The notes: generated by a model not told the origin, from the letters alone. DNA of 35,701 bases from a virus (IMGVR_UViG_3300037419_003064:1-35701); one strand, 5' to 3'; positions 14,877 through 24,697 are shown, numbered from the stretch's first letter. Translations and numbers: made by a program.

Positions 14877-16333
14877 TAGCTATCCAATCTATTCAAGAGT
14901 TGATCGACTGAATCCCTTACCGTGTTGACATAAGCATATAAAGCCTCACACTCAGCTTTAGTTGGCGTTGCGGAAAAAGTCAATGTTTGCGCTGCCGGAG
15001 CCGTTATCTTGTTGCCGCGCCGGCCCAGTACGATTTCAATAATTGTCTTGAGCCAGTCCGGTGTCCCGGCGGGTACGCCTGGTTTCTTTATAGCGGTCGA
15101 TACCGCCATGGAACTTAGGAAGGCATCAGGAACGATACCGACCATGGAGATTACGCCAGTACCGCTCAGATTAGCTTGAGTCGCGTTCTCTGCCGTGAGA
15201 TCGCCAGTGCTAAGGCCGATTGCGCCAGTGCTCCCTAGATTCGCTTGAACGGCATTCGCGGCAGCGAGGATATGTGCTTGGACAATCGGGGAAGCGGCAG
15301 CAATGTTGTCCTGCACACTTGCCGCCATTACCAGAATATGAGTCTGGGTTATTGCGCCGGTTGATGACGGATTTGCCTGGTCGCTTGGCGCTATGGTGAG
15401 ATTGGCGCCGCCCGCTATCGATCCGGTGCTTGAAGCATTCTCCTGAATGCTGCCTGCTACAGTGAGAATGTGCGTCTGCGCTATCGATCCGGTGGAACTC
15501 GCGTTGCTCTGGGTTGAGCCAGCCCCTGTGAGCGTATGAGCCTGTGTGATTGCCGCCGTGCTGCTGGGGTTGGCTTGAGTAGAGTTTGCCCCTATAAGGG
15601 TAATCCCGCTGGCGGGAGCTACCCATAACAGTCTGGGCGCTGCCTTGAATAAGGCGTTGCCTTTACTGTCATGAAACGCTTTAGCTTCAGCGGGACGCCA
15701 CGCCCTGTTGGTGTAGGCAAAAGACAGCATGGAGCCATCGGTATCGATGGTAGCCGCCCCGCTGTAATTGCCGATGTGTAGAAGTTTGGTTCCGGCAGGC
15801 CATGATGCGGGAGTCGCTGACCATGCCAGGCCGCTATCTGCGCCATCAATGTAGCATTTGGTGCCCGCCGCGGTGCCGTCTGTAGTCAGCACCATCGAGC
15901 GATTGGTTGTGTTGAACCAGCCGGATAATGGTGTTGTCGAGCCTATCCCGGCAAAATACAGGGTCCCGCTGGGATAGTGATACTGGGTGAACCATGCGGC
16001 TGTTGATTCAGCAAGGTAAATATGGCCGAAGTCATCATTTACGCCAACTCTGGTAAACCAGATTGCCAGCGTTCCGACATTGCCGGATAACTCCGGGTAT
16101 CCAGAGTACTCAAGGTAATCGTCAACGCCATCGAAGTTGATTGCCTTGCCATACTTTGTCGTTATGGCCTTTGCGTCGCCGCCTGCTGTCCATGCCCTGC
16201 CGGTTGCCTGATCAATTAGGCCAACGGCAGGATTTAAGAGGATTTGCGCTCCCTTGCCGAGCCCTTGGCGGTCGATGGTTGCAGCATATTGCGGCTGCTG
16301 CACAAACCGCTTTGGGACTAACAGAAAGGGCAT
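14876..16333 (-). CDS. LamG/ConA-like lectin-domain tail fibre/adhesin with 22-aa repeats
   Basis: 'GKAINFDGVDDY', 'KCYIDG' and 'LHIGN' LamG motifs, followed by seven LxxAxxxQxNxSSTGxIxQxH repeats. Confidence 0.7.
   Translation of the reverse strand: MPFLLVPKRFVQQPQYAATIDRQGLGKGAQILLNPAVGLIDQATGRAWTAGGDAKAITTKYGKAINFDGVDDYLEYSGYPELSGNVGTLAIWFTRVGVNDDFGHIYLAESTAAWFTQYHYPSGTLYFAGIGSTTPLSGWFNTTNRSMVLTTDGTAAGTKCYIDGADSGLAWSATPASWPAGTKLLHIGNYSGAATIDTDGSMLSFAYTNRAWRPAEAKAFHDSKGNALFKAAPRLLWVAPASGITLIGANSTQANPSSTAAITQAHTLTGAGSTQSNASSTGSIAQTHILTVAGSIQENASSTGSIAGGANLTIAPSDQANPSSTGAITQTHILVMAASVQDNIAAASPIVQAHILAAANAVQANLGSTGAIGLSTGDLTAENATQANLSGTGVISMVGIVPDAFLSSMAVSTAIKKPGVPAGTPDWLKTIIEIVLGRRGNKITAPAAQTLTFSATPTKAECEALYAYVNTVRDSVDQLLNRLDS
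15140..15605 (-). repeat. Seven degenerate 66-bp (22-aa) intragenic tandem repeats
   Basis: Examples: TLTGAGSTQSNASSTGSIAQTH / ILTVAGSIQENASSTGSIAGGA / NLTIAPSDQANPSSTGAITQTH. Confidence 0.8.
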
Positions 16334-16810
16334 TTAAGTAGGCACGTAGCTGAACGGAGTTACTTTGACGGTGGTCGCCACGCTGGTATAGCTGATTTGC
16401 TGGCCTGTGCTGTTCTTGATAGCGAACTTGGCTTTCTGTACGCCGTCAATTGGAAAGATGATTGCCTTTACGTGCGCCACATCCTGATTGTCAACGATGA
16501 ATGAGCCTACATACCGGGCAAGGTTGTCAATGTCGGATGCGCCGGGTACAGGTGTTTCATTGGTGGCGCCGTCTACGCTTTCCTCGTACATGAACAGGTC
16601 AACGGTGCCGCCCGCTGTTGGCGCAGCCGCGAAGGTATCATTGATATTCAGCACGGCCTTTGCCATTGGGTAAAGCGTAGTGCTGTTATCCAATTGGGTC
16701 ATGGTGCAGCTTGCCAGCCCCGAATAGGTATTCGCACCGCTGGAAAGGGCGGCAGCGAGACTTATTACAGTAGTCGCGCTACCAAATACCATCTTCAATT
16801 CATTTGCCAT
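16334..16810 (-). CDS. Putative virion structural protein (beta-rich)
   Basis: A/T/S-rich, coupled within the virion operon. Confidence 0.6.
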   Translation of the reverse strand: MANELKMVFGSATTVISLAAALSSGANTYSGLASCTMTQLDNSTTLYPMAKAVLNINDTFAAAPTAGGTVDLFMYEESVDGATNETPVPGASDIDNLARYVGSFIVDNQDVAHVKAIIFPIDGVQKAKFAIKNSTGQQISYTSVATTVKVTPFSYVPT

Positions 16811-17283
16811 TATTGGAACCTATTGAGGGATTGCGACACGTCATTCAGGTTTATCAATCCCGGCACGTTCAGCTTTTTGGCTGTCACAGTATTCGTGGTT
16901 GCGTCGGATGAGCCCAGATACAGTTCGCCGTTTGTGGCAAACCGTGTACATGCGGTAAGCACTGCTACACTGTCAGTGTTCCCCCAGGTGTCCACAACGG
17001 CGTTTCGCATCTTCTGGCGGGATATGTCGATTGGCGAATTATCGAGCAGGAGTTTCCATGCGTCGCGTTTCCCTTGAGTAAGGCCGTCGAACTTGGTGAC
17101 GTTTGTCGCCTCAAATAGATCCCGCTTCGCCATGGTCGGATTCCATGCGCTGGTTGTGCTTGCGGTATTCACCCAGTTTGTTAGCGAAATGTCGTCGCGG
17201 ATAGCGAGCGCATCTACAACGACCTGGTTTGTCTCGGCGCGCAATGCAGTTGCGAGTATCTGCATTTGTGGATCTGTAAGCAT
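16810..17283 (-). CDS. Hypothetical virion-operon protein
   Basis: AGGAG RBS, TAATG coupling. Confidence 0.65.
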   Translation of the reverse strand: MLTDPQMQILATALRAETNQVVVDALAIRDDISLTNWVNTASTTSAWNPTMAKRDLFEATNVTKFDGLTQGKRDAWKLLLDNSPIDISRQKMRNAVVDTWGNTDSVAVLTACTRFATNGELYLGSSDATTNTVTAKKLNVPGLINLNDVSQSLNRFQ

Positions 17284-17292
17284 GGTTACTCC

Positions 17293-17676
17293 TTAGGTGG
17301 GTTGATTGCTGGTGTATGTCAGGCTAGGAAAATTGATCGTGTTGCCGCTGGTCACTACCTGATCACTGGTTTCATCCGTCACCCACAAGACCTTACTTAC
17401 ATTGTCCGTGAAGGCGATATGCAGATTCGGAGTTGCGCCGGAACCGGCAGAGGCGGTTCCGGTTTTGGCGGCGACTGTCAGGACACGCGGCGCAGCATCC
17501 GCGCCGGATAAGGTGTAGTCGCCTGAAACCATTACGACGGTGCAGATTGCATTGCCGGTCACGGTCGCATAGCTGTCTCCGGCGGCGTAAGCCTTGAGTA
17601 GTAGCATTCGAATTGCCACGTTCTTGATACCATTCAGGCCGCCGTCTAGAACGTCTGCGTGAGCGTATTTCGCCAT
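17293..17676 (-). CDS. Putative tail-fibre-associated structural protein
   Basis: AAAGGAG RBS. 'QVVTSGNTINFPS' C-terminus as in small phage tail proteins. Confidence 0.65.
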   Translation of the reverse strand: MAKYAHADVLDGGLNGIKNVAIRMLLLKAYAAGDSYATVTGNAICTVVMVSGDYTLSGADAAPRVLTVAAKTGTASAGSGATPNLHIAFTDNVSKVLWVTDETSDQVVTSGNTINFPSLTYTSNQPT

Positions 17677-17700
17677 TCAATAACTCCTTTCTGTAGTCGT

Positions 17701-17726
17701 AAAAAAAGCCGCTATTTCAGCGGCTT
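17701..17726 (-). terminator. Intrinsic terminator
   Basis: AAGCCGCT-loop-AGCGGCTT followed by a T-run on the minus strand. Confidence 0.75.
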
Positions 17727-17770
17727 ATGTGTTAAATCTGTAAAATCCTATAAAAATATTCTTAAATTAT

Positions 17771-19804
17771 TCAGGCACCCTTCAACCCATCCATCGTTTC
17801 GGCCAGCACCACGCCGGTTACTTTTACATTCCCAGATAGGACTATTTCCACGTTGTCGGCCTTATAACCTCCCGGCAGCCTGAATGCGCGACTGTTTATA
17901 ACCTGCTTCGTGTGCTTTAGCTGTCCGTCTGCCCAGAGCTGGAATTGCAGGGAATCGGCAACCAAAGCGGGAATCACTGCCATTTCATCGCCGCCTATCT
18001 CGTATTCGCCTATTGAAGGGTCGGCCAGGCTATCATTCATTGCTCCGTTTGTGATGAGCGCTTCATTCGCTGCCACAGCTGCGTCATATGCGGTTTGTGC
18101 GGCAGCCGATTCCTCTTCTGACATATCGAAGTCAGCATCTATTTTCGCCGCCCCGTAATTTACTGGCGGCGCCGTGATGAATTTCTTGCTCTTCCATTCG
18201 TACGATAGCTTTGTTCCAGGATCGCCTTCCCATTGGTATATTTTCTGGTCGGTAGCGACATAAAGTTTTCCGGTCCAAGGGTCGGCCCATATCGCGCTGA
18301 TGCGTTGGTTGACCTTCAAAAAGGAAGCCGATTCGTTCTTGTCTATAACGAACATGAGGGAACTGCTGTCCGCTGTATATCCGCTGTAATAGCGGTTATC
18401 TGCTGAAGCGGCAATGAACGTATCCGGGTTCAGTTCAGACCATTCTTTCAGCGTGAAGAGGTCTTTTGTAACGATATCCGTTGGCGTGCCAACTATCACG
18501 AATCCTTGCGGCGCCGGGTAGCCAACGCCAAAGGCGAAGGTGGCGACGCCGCGCTTTGACATGCACGGCCAGGCCACACCCAGCTTCTCCATGCCGCCGC
18601 CCATGGTTACCGGGTCTACGCCGGTAATGGTGAACGGGTTTCCCTTAGTCATGCCGACAAGCGTTGTGCCGGTAATGCCGATGGCTACGATGTCCTGGTC
18701 GTACGTTTGCCGGTAGGCGGTAGGCCACGCATAGGGCCTGAATGGTTCAGAGAAACAAACTTCGTTCCCGAAGAATCCGCAGGCAATGCCGTTTGCCATG
18801 ATTACGATGCCCAGCATATTAGCTGGCGGCATGAGCCAGGTTGTGGACGGCAATATTTCTCCGAGGTTGGCGTCAAGGGTTGTGTCGTTGTAGGTTGTGG
18901 TCGCGGCGGTAATGGTTGCAACGTATTGATATTCTGTCCCGCTGGTGCCGGTTACAGAGCGGTAAATGCGCTTTGTCATGGCAACAGTGTTATGCGGTGC
19001 CACGCGCGCCCAGGTTCCGCCCGAGGAATAAACCTGTGTGGTGGATAGCAGGACAACCACTTTGTTTGTGGCTGAGTCTACGCTTACCAAAGGAAACTTT
19101 GCATTCAGATCGGTCATGCCAGCAACCGAGGCGAATGTGATTTCCTCGTATGCCCGGAGCCCGAATACAGAATCAAGGGTGACTGTCACATACCCGGCTG
19201 AAGGCGTATCCTTGACTGCCGCGCTTGCTGTCCCGCTGTTGGGCGGAGCGGTATCCATTGCTGAAAGCGCCCAGGTATCATCTATTTTTCCAGTGGTGAC
19301 GGTAGAAGCAGGAGACGGCGCGGATTCTTCGCCCCATGGAGTGACGAAGGTATAAACGTAAGCGCGTGATGAGGTTGTACCGCTTACCCCGCCAGAAGGG
19401 CCGACTGTAGGCGCGGTGATTGGGGGCGATACTCCCAGCACATAGCAACCTGAAGGATAAGGCCCGATCCCGGCGGTCGCCGTGTCGTAATCGGATGTGC
19501 GCGGCTCGCCGTCGCCAGTGTAATAGAATCGCCGTGAAGTATTCCCGGCAATCGGGGATCTGGCAACATCAACATCCTTATCCCAGGCCAGCCACTTTTC
19601 GTTCCCATCCTTTTCCATGCGGAACATGGAAACGATGTCTGCATCAATGACTGGCGCAGCTATCAGCAAAGGCCCGCTACGTGGCCGTAAGTCTCCGCTG
19701 GTTAGATTGCAATTTGTCGCAACTTGCGCCTGGTTGGGGGCGAGCAACTGCTTTGCCGCTCTGGGAACGAGGCCAGAGAAGCCAGCAATACGAAAAGCAG
19801 TCAT
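17771..19804 (-). CDS. Putative podovirus tail nozzle / DNA-stabilisation protein (P22 gp10 / tail tubular B-like)
   Basis: 677 aa, beta-rich. 'F.GL.PR....L....AQ.A.NC', 'YVYTFVTPWGEESAPSP', 'FSEPFRPYAWP' and 'YEWKSKKF' motifs. Confidence 0.65.
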   Translation of the reverse strand: MTAFRIAGFSGLVPRAAKQLLAPNQAQVATNCNLTSGDLRPRSGPLLIAAPVIDADIVSMFRMEKDGNEKWLAWDKDVDVARSPIAGNTSRRFYYTGDGEPRTSDYDTATAGIGPYPSGCYVLGVSPPITAPTVGPSGGVSGTTSSRAYVYTFVTPWGEESAPSPASTVTTGKIDDTWALSAMDTAPPNSGTASAAVKDTPSAGYVTVTLDSVFGLRAYEEITFASVAGMTDLNAKFPLVSVDSATNKVVVLLSTTQVYSSGGTWARVAPHNTVAMTKRIYRSVTGTSGTEYQYVATITAATTTYNDTTLDANLGEILPSTTWLMPPANMLGIVIMANGIACGFFGNEVCFSEPFRPYAWPTAYRQTYDQDIVAIGITGTTLVGMTKGNPFTITGVDPVTMGGGMEKLGVAWPCMSKRGVATFAFGVGYPAPQGFVIVGTPTDIVTKDLFTLKEWSELNPDTFIAASADNRYYSGYTADSSSLMFVIDKNESASFLKVNQRISAIWADPWTGKLYVATDQKIYQWEGDPGTKLSYEWKSKKFITAPPVNYGAAKIDADFDMSEEESAAAQTAYDAAVAANEALITNGAMNDSLADPSIGEYEIGGDEMAVIPALVADSLQFQLWADGQLKHTKQVINSRAFRLPGGYKADNVEIVLSGNVKVTGVVLAETMDGLKGA

Positions 19805-20043
19805 TCAAATGCACCTGAGCCCGGTTTATAACGAGAAAGGTATTCTTCCAGAGAGGCCCGCTCGATGTCGCTTAATCCTCGCAAACTGTACTCACTTATT
19901 ATGTAATTTCCGTCTATCTGCGTAATGGTTGCTGCCAAGTAAACTGGCTGCCTTGACCATACCATTCCGAGTGTGCCCATTTCGCGTTCCGCCGAGTGAT
20001 ACCATTCAAGACAAAGTTGCCCCATCCGCCATTTCTTGCCCAT
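19801..20043 (-). CDS. Hypothetical protein (80 aa)
   Basis: ATG 20043 with GAGGG RBS. Overlaps the lysozyme 3' end. ATGA coupling to the nozzle gene. Confidence 0.5.
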   Translation of the reverse strand: MGKKWRMGQLCLEWYHSAEREMGTLGMVWSRQPVYLAATITQIDGNYIISEYSLRGLSDIERASLEEYLSRYKPGSGAFE

Positions 20044-20545
20044 GTGCTGCACCCTCACATTGCGCCCGCTGTGCTTTTCTACGCACAACGAGGCCGCGGC
20101 AATTGTTCTTTTTATCGCGGCAATCTCGCCCGCCCACTGTGACGCGCCACCCCTCTATCGCAGCGCACGCACGCGCATAATCTTCATCTGTACGTGCGGC
20201 ATTGAATTTAGGTGCAAGTTCCCGACACACGGCGCCCACGCCAGCATTATATGATATATTTATAAGAGCTTCAAATTCATGCGGATACAGAGGGACAGTG
20301 ATACATTTCCGCACTCCGGCAGCGTATTTATCGTTAATGTTGTTGTATAAATACTGCATTTCCCGCACTGGATTGGTCTTGTCGCCCATCTTCACGCCTT
20401 CGGTGCGCCCGGCTCCAATGGTCGGAACATCGCCAGGAACGGGGATATATGCTTCGTCTCTGTATCCTTCGTATTTCAGGATTCCAATTAAAAGCGCGGC
20501 GCTAATGCCTATGCCGCTTACGGCCATTCTGGAAGGTTTAATCAT
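20006..20545 (-). CDS. Endolysin, GH24 lysozyme with N-terminal SAR-like anchor
   Basis: G/A/S-rich hydrophobic N-terminus, then 'YEGYRDEAYIPVPGDVPTIGAGRT', 'YNAGVGA' and 'GLVVRRKAQR..C'. Confidence 0.9.
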   Translation of the reverse strand: MIKPSRMAVSGIGISAALLIGILKYEGYRDEAYIPVPGDVPTIGAGRTEGVKMGDKTNPVREMQYLYNNINDKYAAGVRKCITVPLYPHEFEALINISYNAGVGAVCRELAPKFNAARTDEDYARACAAIEGWRVTVGGRDCRDKKNNCRGLVVRRKAQRAQCEGAAHGQEMADGATLS

Positions 20546-20703
20546 CTGTCCACCGTGTACTGAATGATCCCGGCAACAATCATGCAAAAGCCATTGACGA
20601 TAAGGCCACTATCAAGCCCGGAATTAAGGGCAGTCCCCATGGATAGCGATGTAATGCCCATGAAAGTTACCGGCCAGCCTTTAAACCAATTGATCCACTT
20701 CAT
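20542..20703 (-). CDS. Small 2-TM membrane protein (holin/pinholin candidate)
   Basis: 53 aa with two hydrophobic stretches. ATGA-coupled to the lysozyme. Confidence 0.45.
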   Translation of the reverse strand: MKWINWFKGWPVTFMGITSLSMGTALNSGLDSGLIVNGFCMIVAGIIQYTVDR

Positions 20704-20957
20704 TTCGTGCCATGCTCTTTCAGGCAATCCAGTTTGGCGCGCACATCTTCTGTTGGATCACCAGTGGCAATATCCACACACGGCGATTGCTGTGGGGGTT
20801 TCGGTTTCGGCGCAGGCTGAGGCTGTACGGTCCGCGGCGCCGTGATTTTAATCTCCGGGGAAACAGGGGCTGTCTTTGTCTCCTGTGCTTGCTCCATAGG
20901 AGGTACAGTGCAGGCCGCCAGAATGATGGCGGATGTCAATAGTGCATATCTCATCAT
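20700..20957 (-). CDS. Proline-rich lipoprotein (o-spanin-like)
   Basis: Signal 'MMRYALLTSAIILAA-C' lipobox and Pro-rich mature part. Confidence 0.65.
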   Translation of the reverse strand: MMRYALLTSAIILAACTVPPMEQAQETKTAPVSPEIKITAPRTVQPQPAPKPKPPQQSPCVDIATGDPTEDVRAKLDCLKEHGTK

Positions 20958-21244
20958 CGTCTCCCTCGTTGAGGCCACTGTTCGATAATCCTGTCCAATT
21001 TTTCGTTGAACTCCCGCATGGTTTCGCGTTGCTCATACCGGGCCGCTTTGATCTCTTCACTAAGGCGCTGGTTTGTCTGCTCCTGGTACATCTCCCCCCT
21101 TTTCAGGGTTGCGATATCGTTTTGCACCGCGTTATAAGTGGCGACGCCAGAGGCTATGAGCCCAGCGACGGCAATGATTCCGCTGAATGAGAGCGTGTAG
21201 TTTGATGGGCCGCGCCGCCGGTCGTCGCCTTCGTTTTGCGCCAT
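20954..21244 (-). CDS. Membrane protein, 1 TM plus coiled coil (holin-like or i-spanin-like)
   Basis: 'GIIAVAGLIASGVATY' TM followed by a heptad coiled coil. Confidence 0.6.
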   Translation of the reverse strand: MAQNEGDDRRRGPSNYTLSFSGIIAVAGLIASGVATYNAVQNDIATLKRGEMYQEQTNQRLSEEIKAARYEQRETMREFNEKLDRIIEQWPQRGRR

Positions 21245-21247
21245 TAC

Positions 21248-21430
21248 CTACCTCGCAAGCAGGATGGATACGCCCCAAATCAGAAGGCAAATTGCGGCGC
21301 CGCCGACTATGATGGCCGCCGTCCATTTTGATGCCTTCAACTTATCAAGCAGAGAGTCAGCTTTCGTGTCTGCCTGCTCTGCCGCTTGCCGCGCTTCGTC
21401 TCCTGCCTTTTCCCATACTGATTTAGCCAT
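21248..21430 (-). CDS. Small protein with C-terminal TM helix
   Basis: AGGAG RBS. 'WTAAIIVGGAAICLLIWGVSILL'. Confidence 0.65.
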   Translation of the reverse strand: MAKSVWEKAGDEARQAAEQADTKADSLLDKLKASKWTAAIIVGGAAICLLIWGVSILLAR

Positions 21431-21439
21431 TTACCGCTC

Positions 21440-22267
21440 CTATTGTTGATCTATGTAAGTAATCCAACTGCCAACCGGGTTAGCGAATATATCCCCGGAA
21501 CAGTTTGAGATCGTGCCGCCCCATGCACTTGCATCTTCGATGAAAGGGCAATTCTCCTGAATGATCCCCACGCCAGCGGCAAGCCACAACTCTATTGCAT
21601 AGGAGTTGTAATCCTTGTAGCTCTGGTAATAGGCACCGTTCGCGGTCATAGGCCCAATACAACGAACTTGCGGGCTGTTCGCGTTCTTGGTGCCGTGATA
21701 CATCACAATATGTATTACATCGGCATATGTCTTGCTGCCGCCTTCGCACCAAATGCCGTTTATGTCCCTGCCGAACTTCGGTGTAAACGTATCGAAATGT
21801 TCTATTAGTGAGGTTCGTGAATAGGCTTTCGTCCCGCTGTTACCGTACGGCGCACCAGGGGTGTTTTGTCGCCACACGTCACACTCGACGATAGCGGGAG
21901 CCGTGGATATTCCCCCTACAGGCGCCCATGCAAGCCCCGTATTAACGCCTGATGTAGTCTTATAACCAAGGACTACATTCGGGGTGCAAGGGGTTGAGGC
22001 GTACCAGTCGCCTGTTTCGGTAACTGATTGATCGTCGCCCATGAATAACACGGCATATGTGTCTGTACACCACACCCCATTCCGCCAGTATTGCTTGCAC
22101 CATTGGTACGGCACGCCTGGCTTAGCCAGGTTGTGGTATCCCCAATAGACGTTCTCAATGCCGTTGTGCGGGTCTTTCAGGAAGGTGTACTTCGTGCTTT
22201 GGCTGCCGCTGTTTTTGTTCAGGATTACGGTGTTCGAATTGGGAAAATACAGGCGTAAATCAATCAT
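21440..22267 (-). CDS. Hypothetical protein (Trp/Tyr/Cys-rich, beta-rich) after tail fibre
   Basis: 275-aa ORF immediately following the fibre gene stop. Confidence 0.7.
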   Translation of the reverse strand: MIDLRLYFPNSNTVILNKNSGSQSTKYTFLKDPHNGIENVYWGYHNLAKPGVPYQWCKQYWRNGVWCTDTYAVLFMGDDQSVTETGDWYASTPCTPNVVLGYKTTSGVNTGLAWAPVGGISTAPAIVECDVWRQNTPGAPYGNSGTKAYSRTSLIEHFDTFTPKFGRDINGIWCEGGSKTYADVIHIVMYHGTKNANSPQVRCIGPMTANGAYYQSYKDYNSYAIELWLAAGVGIIQENCPFIEDASAWGGTISNCSGDIFANPVGSWITYIDQQ

Positions 22268-23317
22268 TTAACTTATCCTAATAGCCTTAATTTTTCCATA
22301 TGCAGATAATGTGCTTACGGTAAAAACCCCGTACGCGACCAAATAAACCCTAGTTGTTGATGCTGCGGGAACCTTCACTTCAACTTCTGGACACGCCCAT
22401 CCCATAGGGATTAAAGTTCCCGGAACTACCCCCCCAGGGAAGGAGTGAGATGATCGTTCGGTGTTATTCAAGGCCGCGGACGAGGTAGACCCACCGGCCT
22501 GTAAATGGGTGATGCTTGTTGTGGCCCCGTAGGTAAACAGGACATTGGGGTATACCATCCATTGGCCGGGATCGAGGTCTATATAGGTAACGTTGCCAAC
22601 AACGCTAGATGTAAGCGGTACTGCGGATGCAACGAGAACCTCGGATTCTTTCTTTTCGCCGATGTGCCCTGCGGCTGGCGTGCTATTCGTGGCTCTTCCG
22701 ACGATTCCGCCGGATGGCGTCAATGTGCCGGACAGCGTCTTATTACCTGCTATGGTTTCATCCCCGGTTAACCCAACAGTCCCGAGAGTTGCCCTTGCTG
22801 TGGCTGCATCCACGTCGTTCAGGAAGGTTTGTATGAACGCGCTTATTCCGAGTGTCGCTAGGACAGATGCGGCGTCGGCATCATCAATAAATGTTCTCGC
22901 AAATGCGCTTAAATCAGCCAGCGCCGCCGTACCGCTCCCGGTGAAGTAGGGCAACTTGTCGGCAGCGGAAACCAGCGCCCCAAGTGCGAACAGATTTGCA
23001 TTGCCGACGGATTCATCCAGAGCGATATTCGTCAACCCTGCAACGAAGTAATCACCAGCCGCCCATGTTCTTGCCGTTGTTCCATCCAGGCCGCGGCTAC
23101 TTGCTGCAATGGTCATGGTGTCGGTGGAACGCGCTTCCACCTTGACCACTTCACGGTTGCCAGAAGCATCCTTGAAGATCCCGTAGAAGTAGTCCCCGGC
23201 TCCTAGCGTCGGGAAAAACAATCCTTTCCCAGCTTCCACGGTAAACGATAGGCCGGTTGTACCGGAAGGCGCGGATGCAATGATTGCCTTGCCGAAATTA
23301 CTAAATTTGAGTCCCAT
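22268..23317 (-). CDS. Tail fibre protein
   Basis: N-terminal anchor '...REVVKV..R..D.MTI...[15 protein letters not shown]' and the common fibre motif '[37 protein letters not shown]'. Confidence 0.8.
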   Translation of the reverse strand: MGLKFSNFGKAIIASAPSGTTGLSFTVEAGKGLFFPTLGAGDYFYGIFKDASGNREVVKVEARSTDTMTIAASSRGLDGTTARTWAAGDYFVAGLTNIALDESVGNANLFALGALVSAADKLPYFTGSGTAALADLSAFARTFIDDADAASVLATLGISAFIQTFLNDVDAATARATLGTVGLTGDETIAGNKTLSGTLTPSGGIVGRATNSTPAAGHIGEKKESEVLVASAVPLTSSVVGNVTYIDLDPGQWMVYPNVLFTYGATTSITHLQAGGSTSSAALNNTERSSHSFPGGVVPGTLIPMGWACPEVEVKVPAASTTRVYLVAYGVFTVSTLSAYGKIKAIRIS

Positions 23318-23947
23318 TTATGATCCTCGCCGCAGTATCGTGGTGCGTAGTGGCGCCCTGGTGAAGTTCCGGTCTTTCCTAAGCCCGGCCTGCCCAGTCA
23401 GCACCACAAATTGCTGTTGGTGGTAGGTCGCAAGCGGAGGACTGCTATAAGGCTTCTTGGGTGACAGCATCAACCGGGAAAGGGCGCCGTGAACGATGGC
23501 TTCCCGGTATTCGTTGAAAATGTCGTCATCAATTCCGGCAGCGGATGTGGAAGGCTTCAATGAGACTTCCATCGATAGCGTTCCTGATACATCCGGCGTC
23601 GGGACCAGCGTTAAAGCAGTAGCTCCGCCGAAAACATATTCGGGTGTGCCAGTCTGGTTGCGCCAGTCATCGAGCGTGATTCCTGATTCACCTGTCCTGC
23701 ATCCGATCTCGGTGCCGTCGAATTCCGCATAGGTAATGACATGCACCACGGCATCTGTGGGCGGAACGAACGGGTATGAAGCCGTGGCCGCGACTATCGC
23801 AACGTCAGGATGCGTGTATTTCCACGCCATTGATTGAGCACAGAATGCGATTGCCGCCTGGCGTAGGGCGAGATCAACGGCAGCAAGCGCAACGCCTGGC
23901 AGATCAGGCAGAACGTAATCGTAAAAATCCGACCAAACCTTGCTCAT
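23318..23947 (-). CDS. Head-tail adaptor / tail tubular protein A-like
   Basis: 'LRQAAIAFC..S..W', 'LTLVPTPD', 'LKPS' and 'YREAIVHGALSRLMLSPKKPYS' adaptor motifs. Confidence 0.75.
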   Translation of the reverse strand: MSKVWSDFYDYVLPDLPGVALAAVDLALRQAAIAFCAQSMAWKYTHPDVAIVAATASYPFVPPTDAVVHVITYAEFDGTEIGCRTGESGITLDDWRNQTGTPEYVFGGATALTLVPTPDVSGTLSMEVSLKPSTSAAGIDDDIFNEYREAIVHGALSRLMLSPKKPYSSPPLATYHQQQFVVLTGQAGLRKDRNFTRAPLRTTILRRGS

Positions 23948-24276
23948 GGCTGGGCCTCGGCACCGAATAGTTGGGCGAATACCGCTACCCGGCCGGAATC
24001 AACATGCTCATCGTCAGTCATTTCGGCGCGCGCAGTCACGTAATCTGCCAATGTCTGAACGTATCCGGGCGCCAGCGGGAAGGTATCAGTCAAGGCTTTT
24101 TGTCCATCTGGCAGCGCGGAGAAGTTGCCTATGAACAGGTCCGGGCGCCTCTTTGCCAAGGCAAGAATGCCGTGATTGGCATAGCTGAGCAGGTCAGCAT
24201 CCGAATAGCGGGCCTTGTCCGTATCATTCAAGGGCAGGCGTGCGAGATCGCAAACTGATTGATAGGTGAATGCCAT
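23944..24276 (-). CDS. Small head-completion/adaptor-like protein (DUF6682-like)
   Basis: 'R..LND....RYSDADLL.Y.N.G......RRPDLF...LADYV..RA...DDE'. Confidence 0.6.
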   Translation of the reverse strand: MAFTYQSVCDLARLPLNDTDKARYSDADLLSYANHGILALAKRRPDLFIGNFSALPDGQKALTDTFPLAPGYVQTLADYVTARAEMTDDEHVDSGRVAVFAQLFGAEAQP

Positions 24277-24638
24277 TACGTGACGAGATCCGCTTGGTGC
24301 TGTCCAAAGAGGGCGATTGCTTTATGGCGAAGGCTCTCTGTGCTTAATCGTTTGTCCAGTTTCTCGTTGTACTCGCGGGAAACGAACTCAACTATCGCGG
24401 CTTTGTCCATCGCGTGAAAATCAATTACAGGAAGCGGCTCTTCTGTCGGCTTTTCCTCGGAGATCAGACCTATCTCTTCGCCGGTGCTTTCCCCTATTCG
24501 TACCCACGTATCCTTGAATGGCAACAGTCGCTCAGCGACTCCCAGTGACACGTTGCGCACCTGGCCGGGTTCCCAGTGCAGCCCTACGCCGCGTATGCTG
24601 TCTTGCTTGCTGCATTTACCGATGTACTGTATTTGCAT
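24276..24638 (-). CDS. Hypothetical virion-operon protein
   Basis: Likely start MQIQYIG at 24638. TAATG coupling downstream. Confidence 0.65.
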   Translation of the reverse strand: MQIQYIGKCSKQDSIRGVGLHWEPGQVRNVSLGVAERLLPFKDTWVRIGESTGEEIGLISEEKPTEEPLPVIDFHAMDKAAIVEFVSREYNEKLDKRLSTESLRHKAIALFGQHQADLVT

Positions 24639-24650
24639 GTTTGAATCCCA

Positions 24651-24677
24651 ATAAAAAGGGCGCCCCAAAGAGCGCCC
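24651..24677 (-). terminator. Intrinsic terminator after capsid/decoration genes
   Basis: GGGCGC/GCGCCC stem followed by TTTTT on the minus strand. Confidence 0.65.
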
Positions 24678-24697
24678 AGTGTGGCTGCATTAAAGAA

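Noticed and set aside
20283-20292. GGATACAGAG, a partial match to the shared operator
   Set aside because: Inside the lysozyme CDS, lacks the second half-site, and has no promoter context.
14876-23317. Diversity-generating retroelement or invertible tail-fibre system
   Set aside because: No reverse transcriptase, recombinase, TR/VR pair or inverted crossover sites seen by eye.
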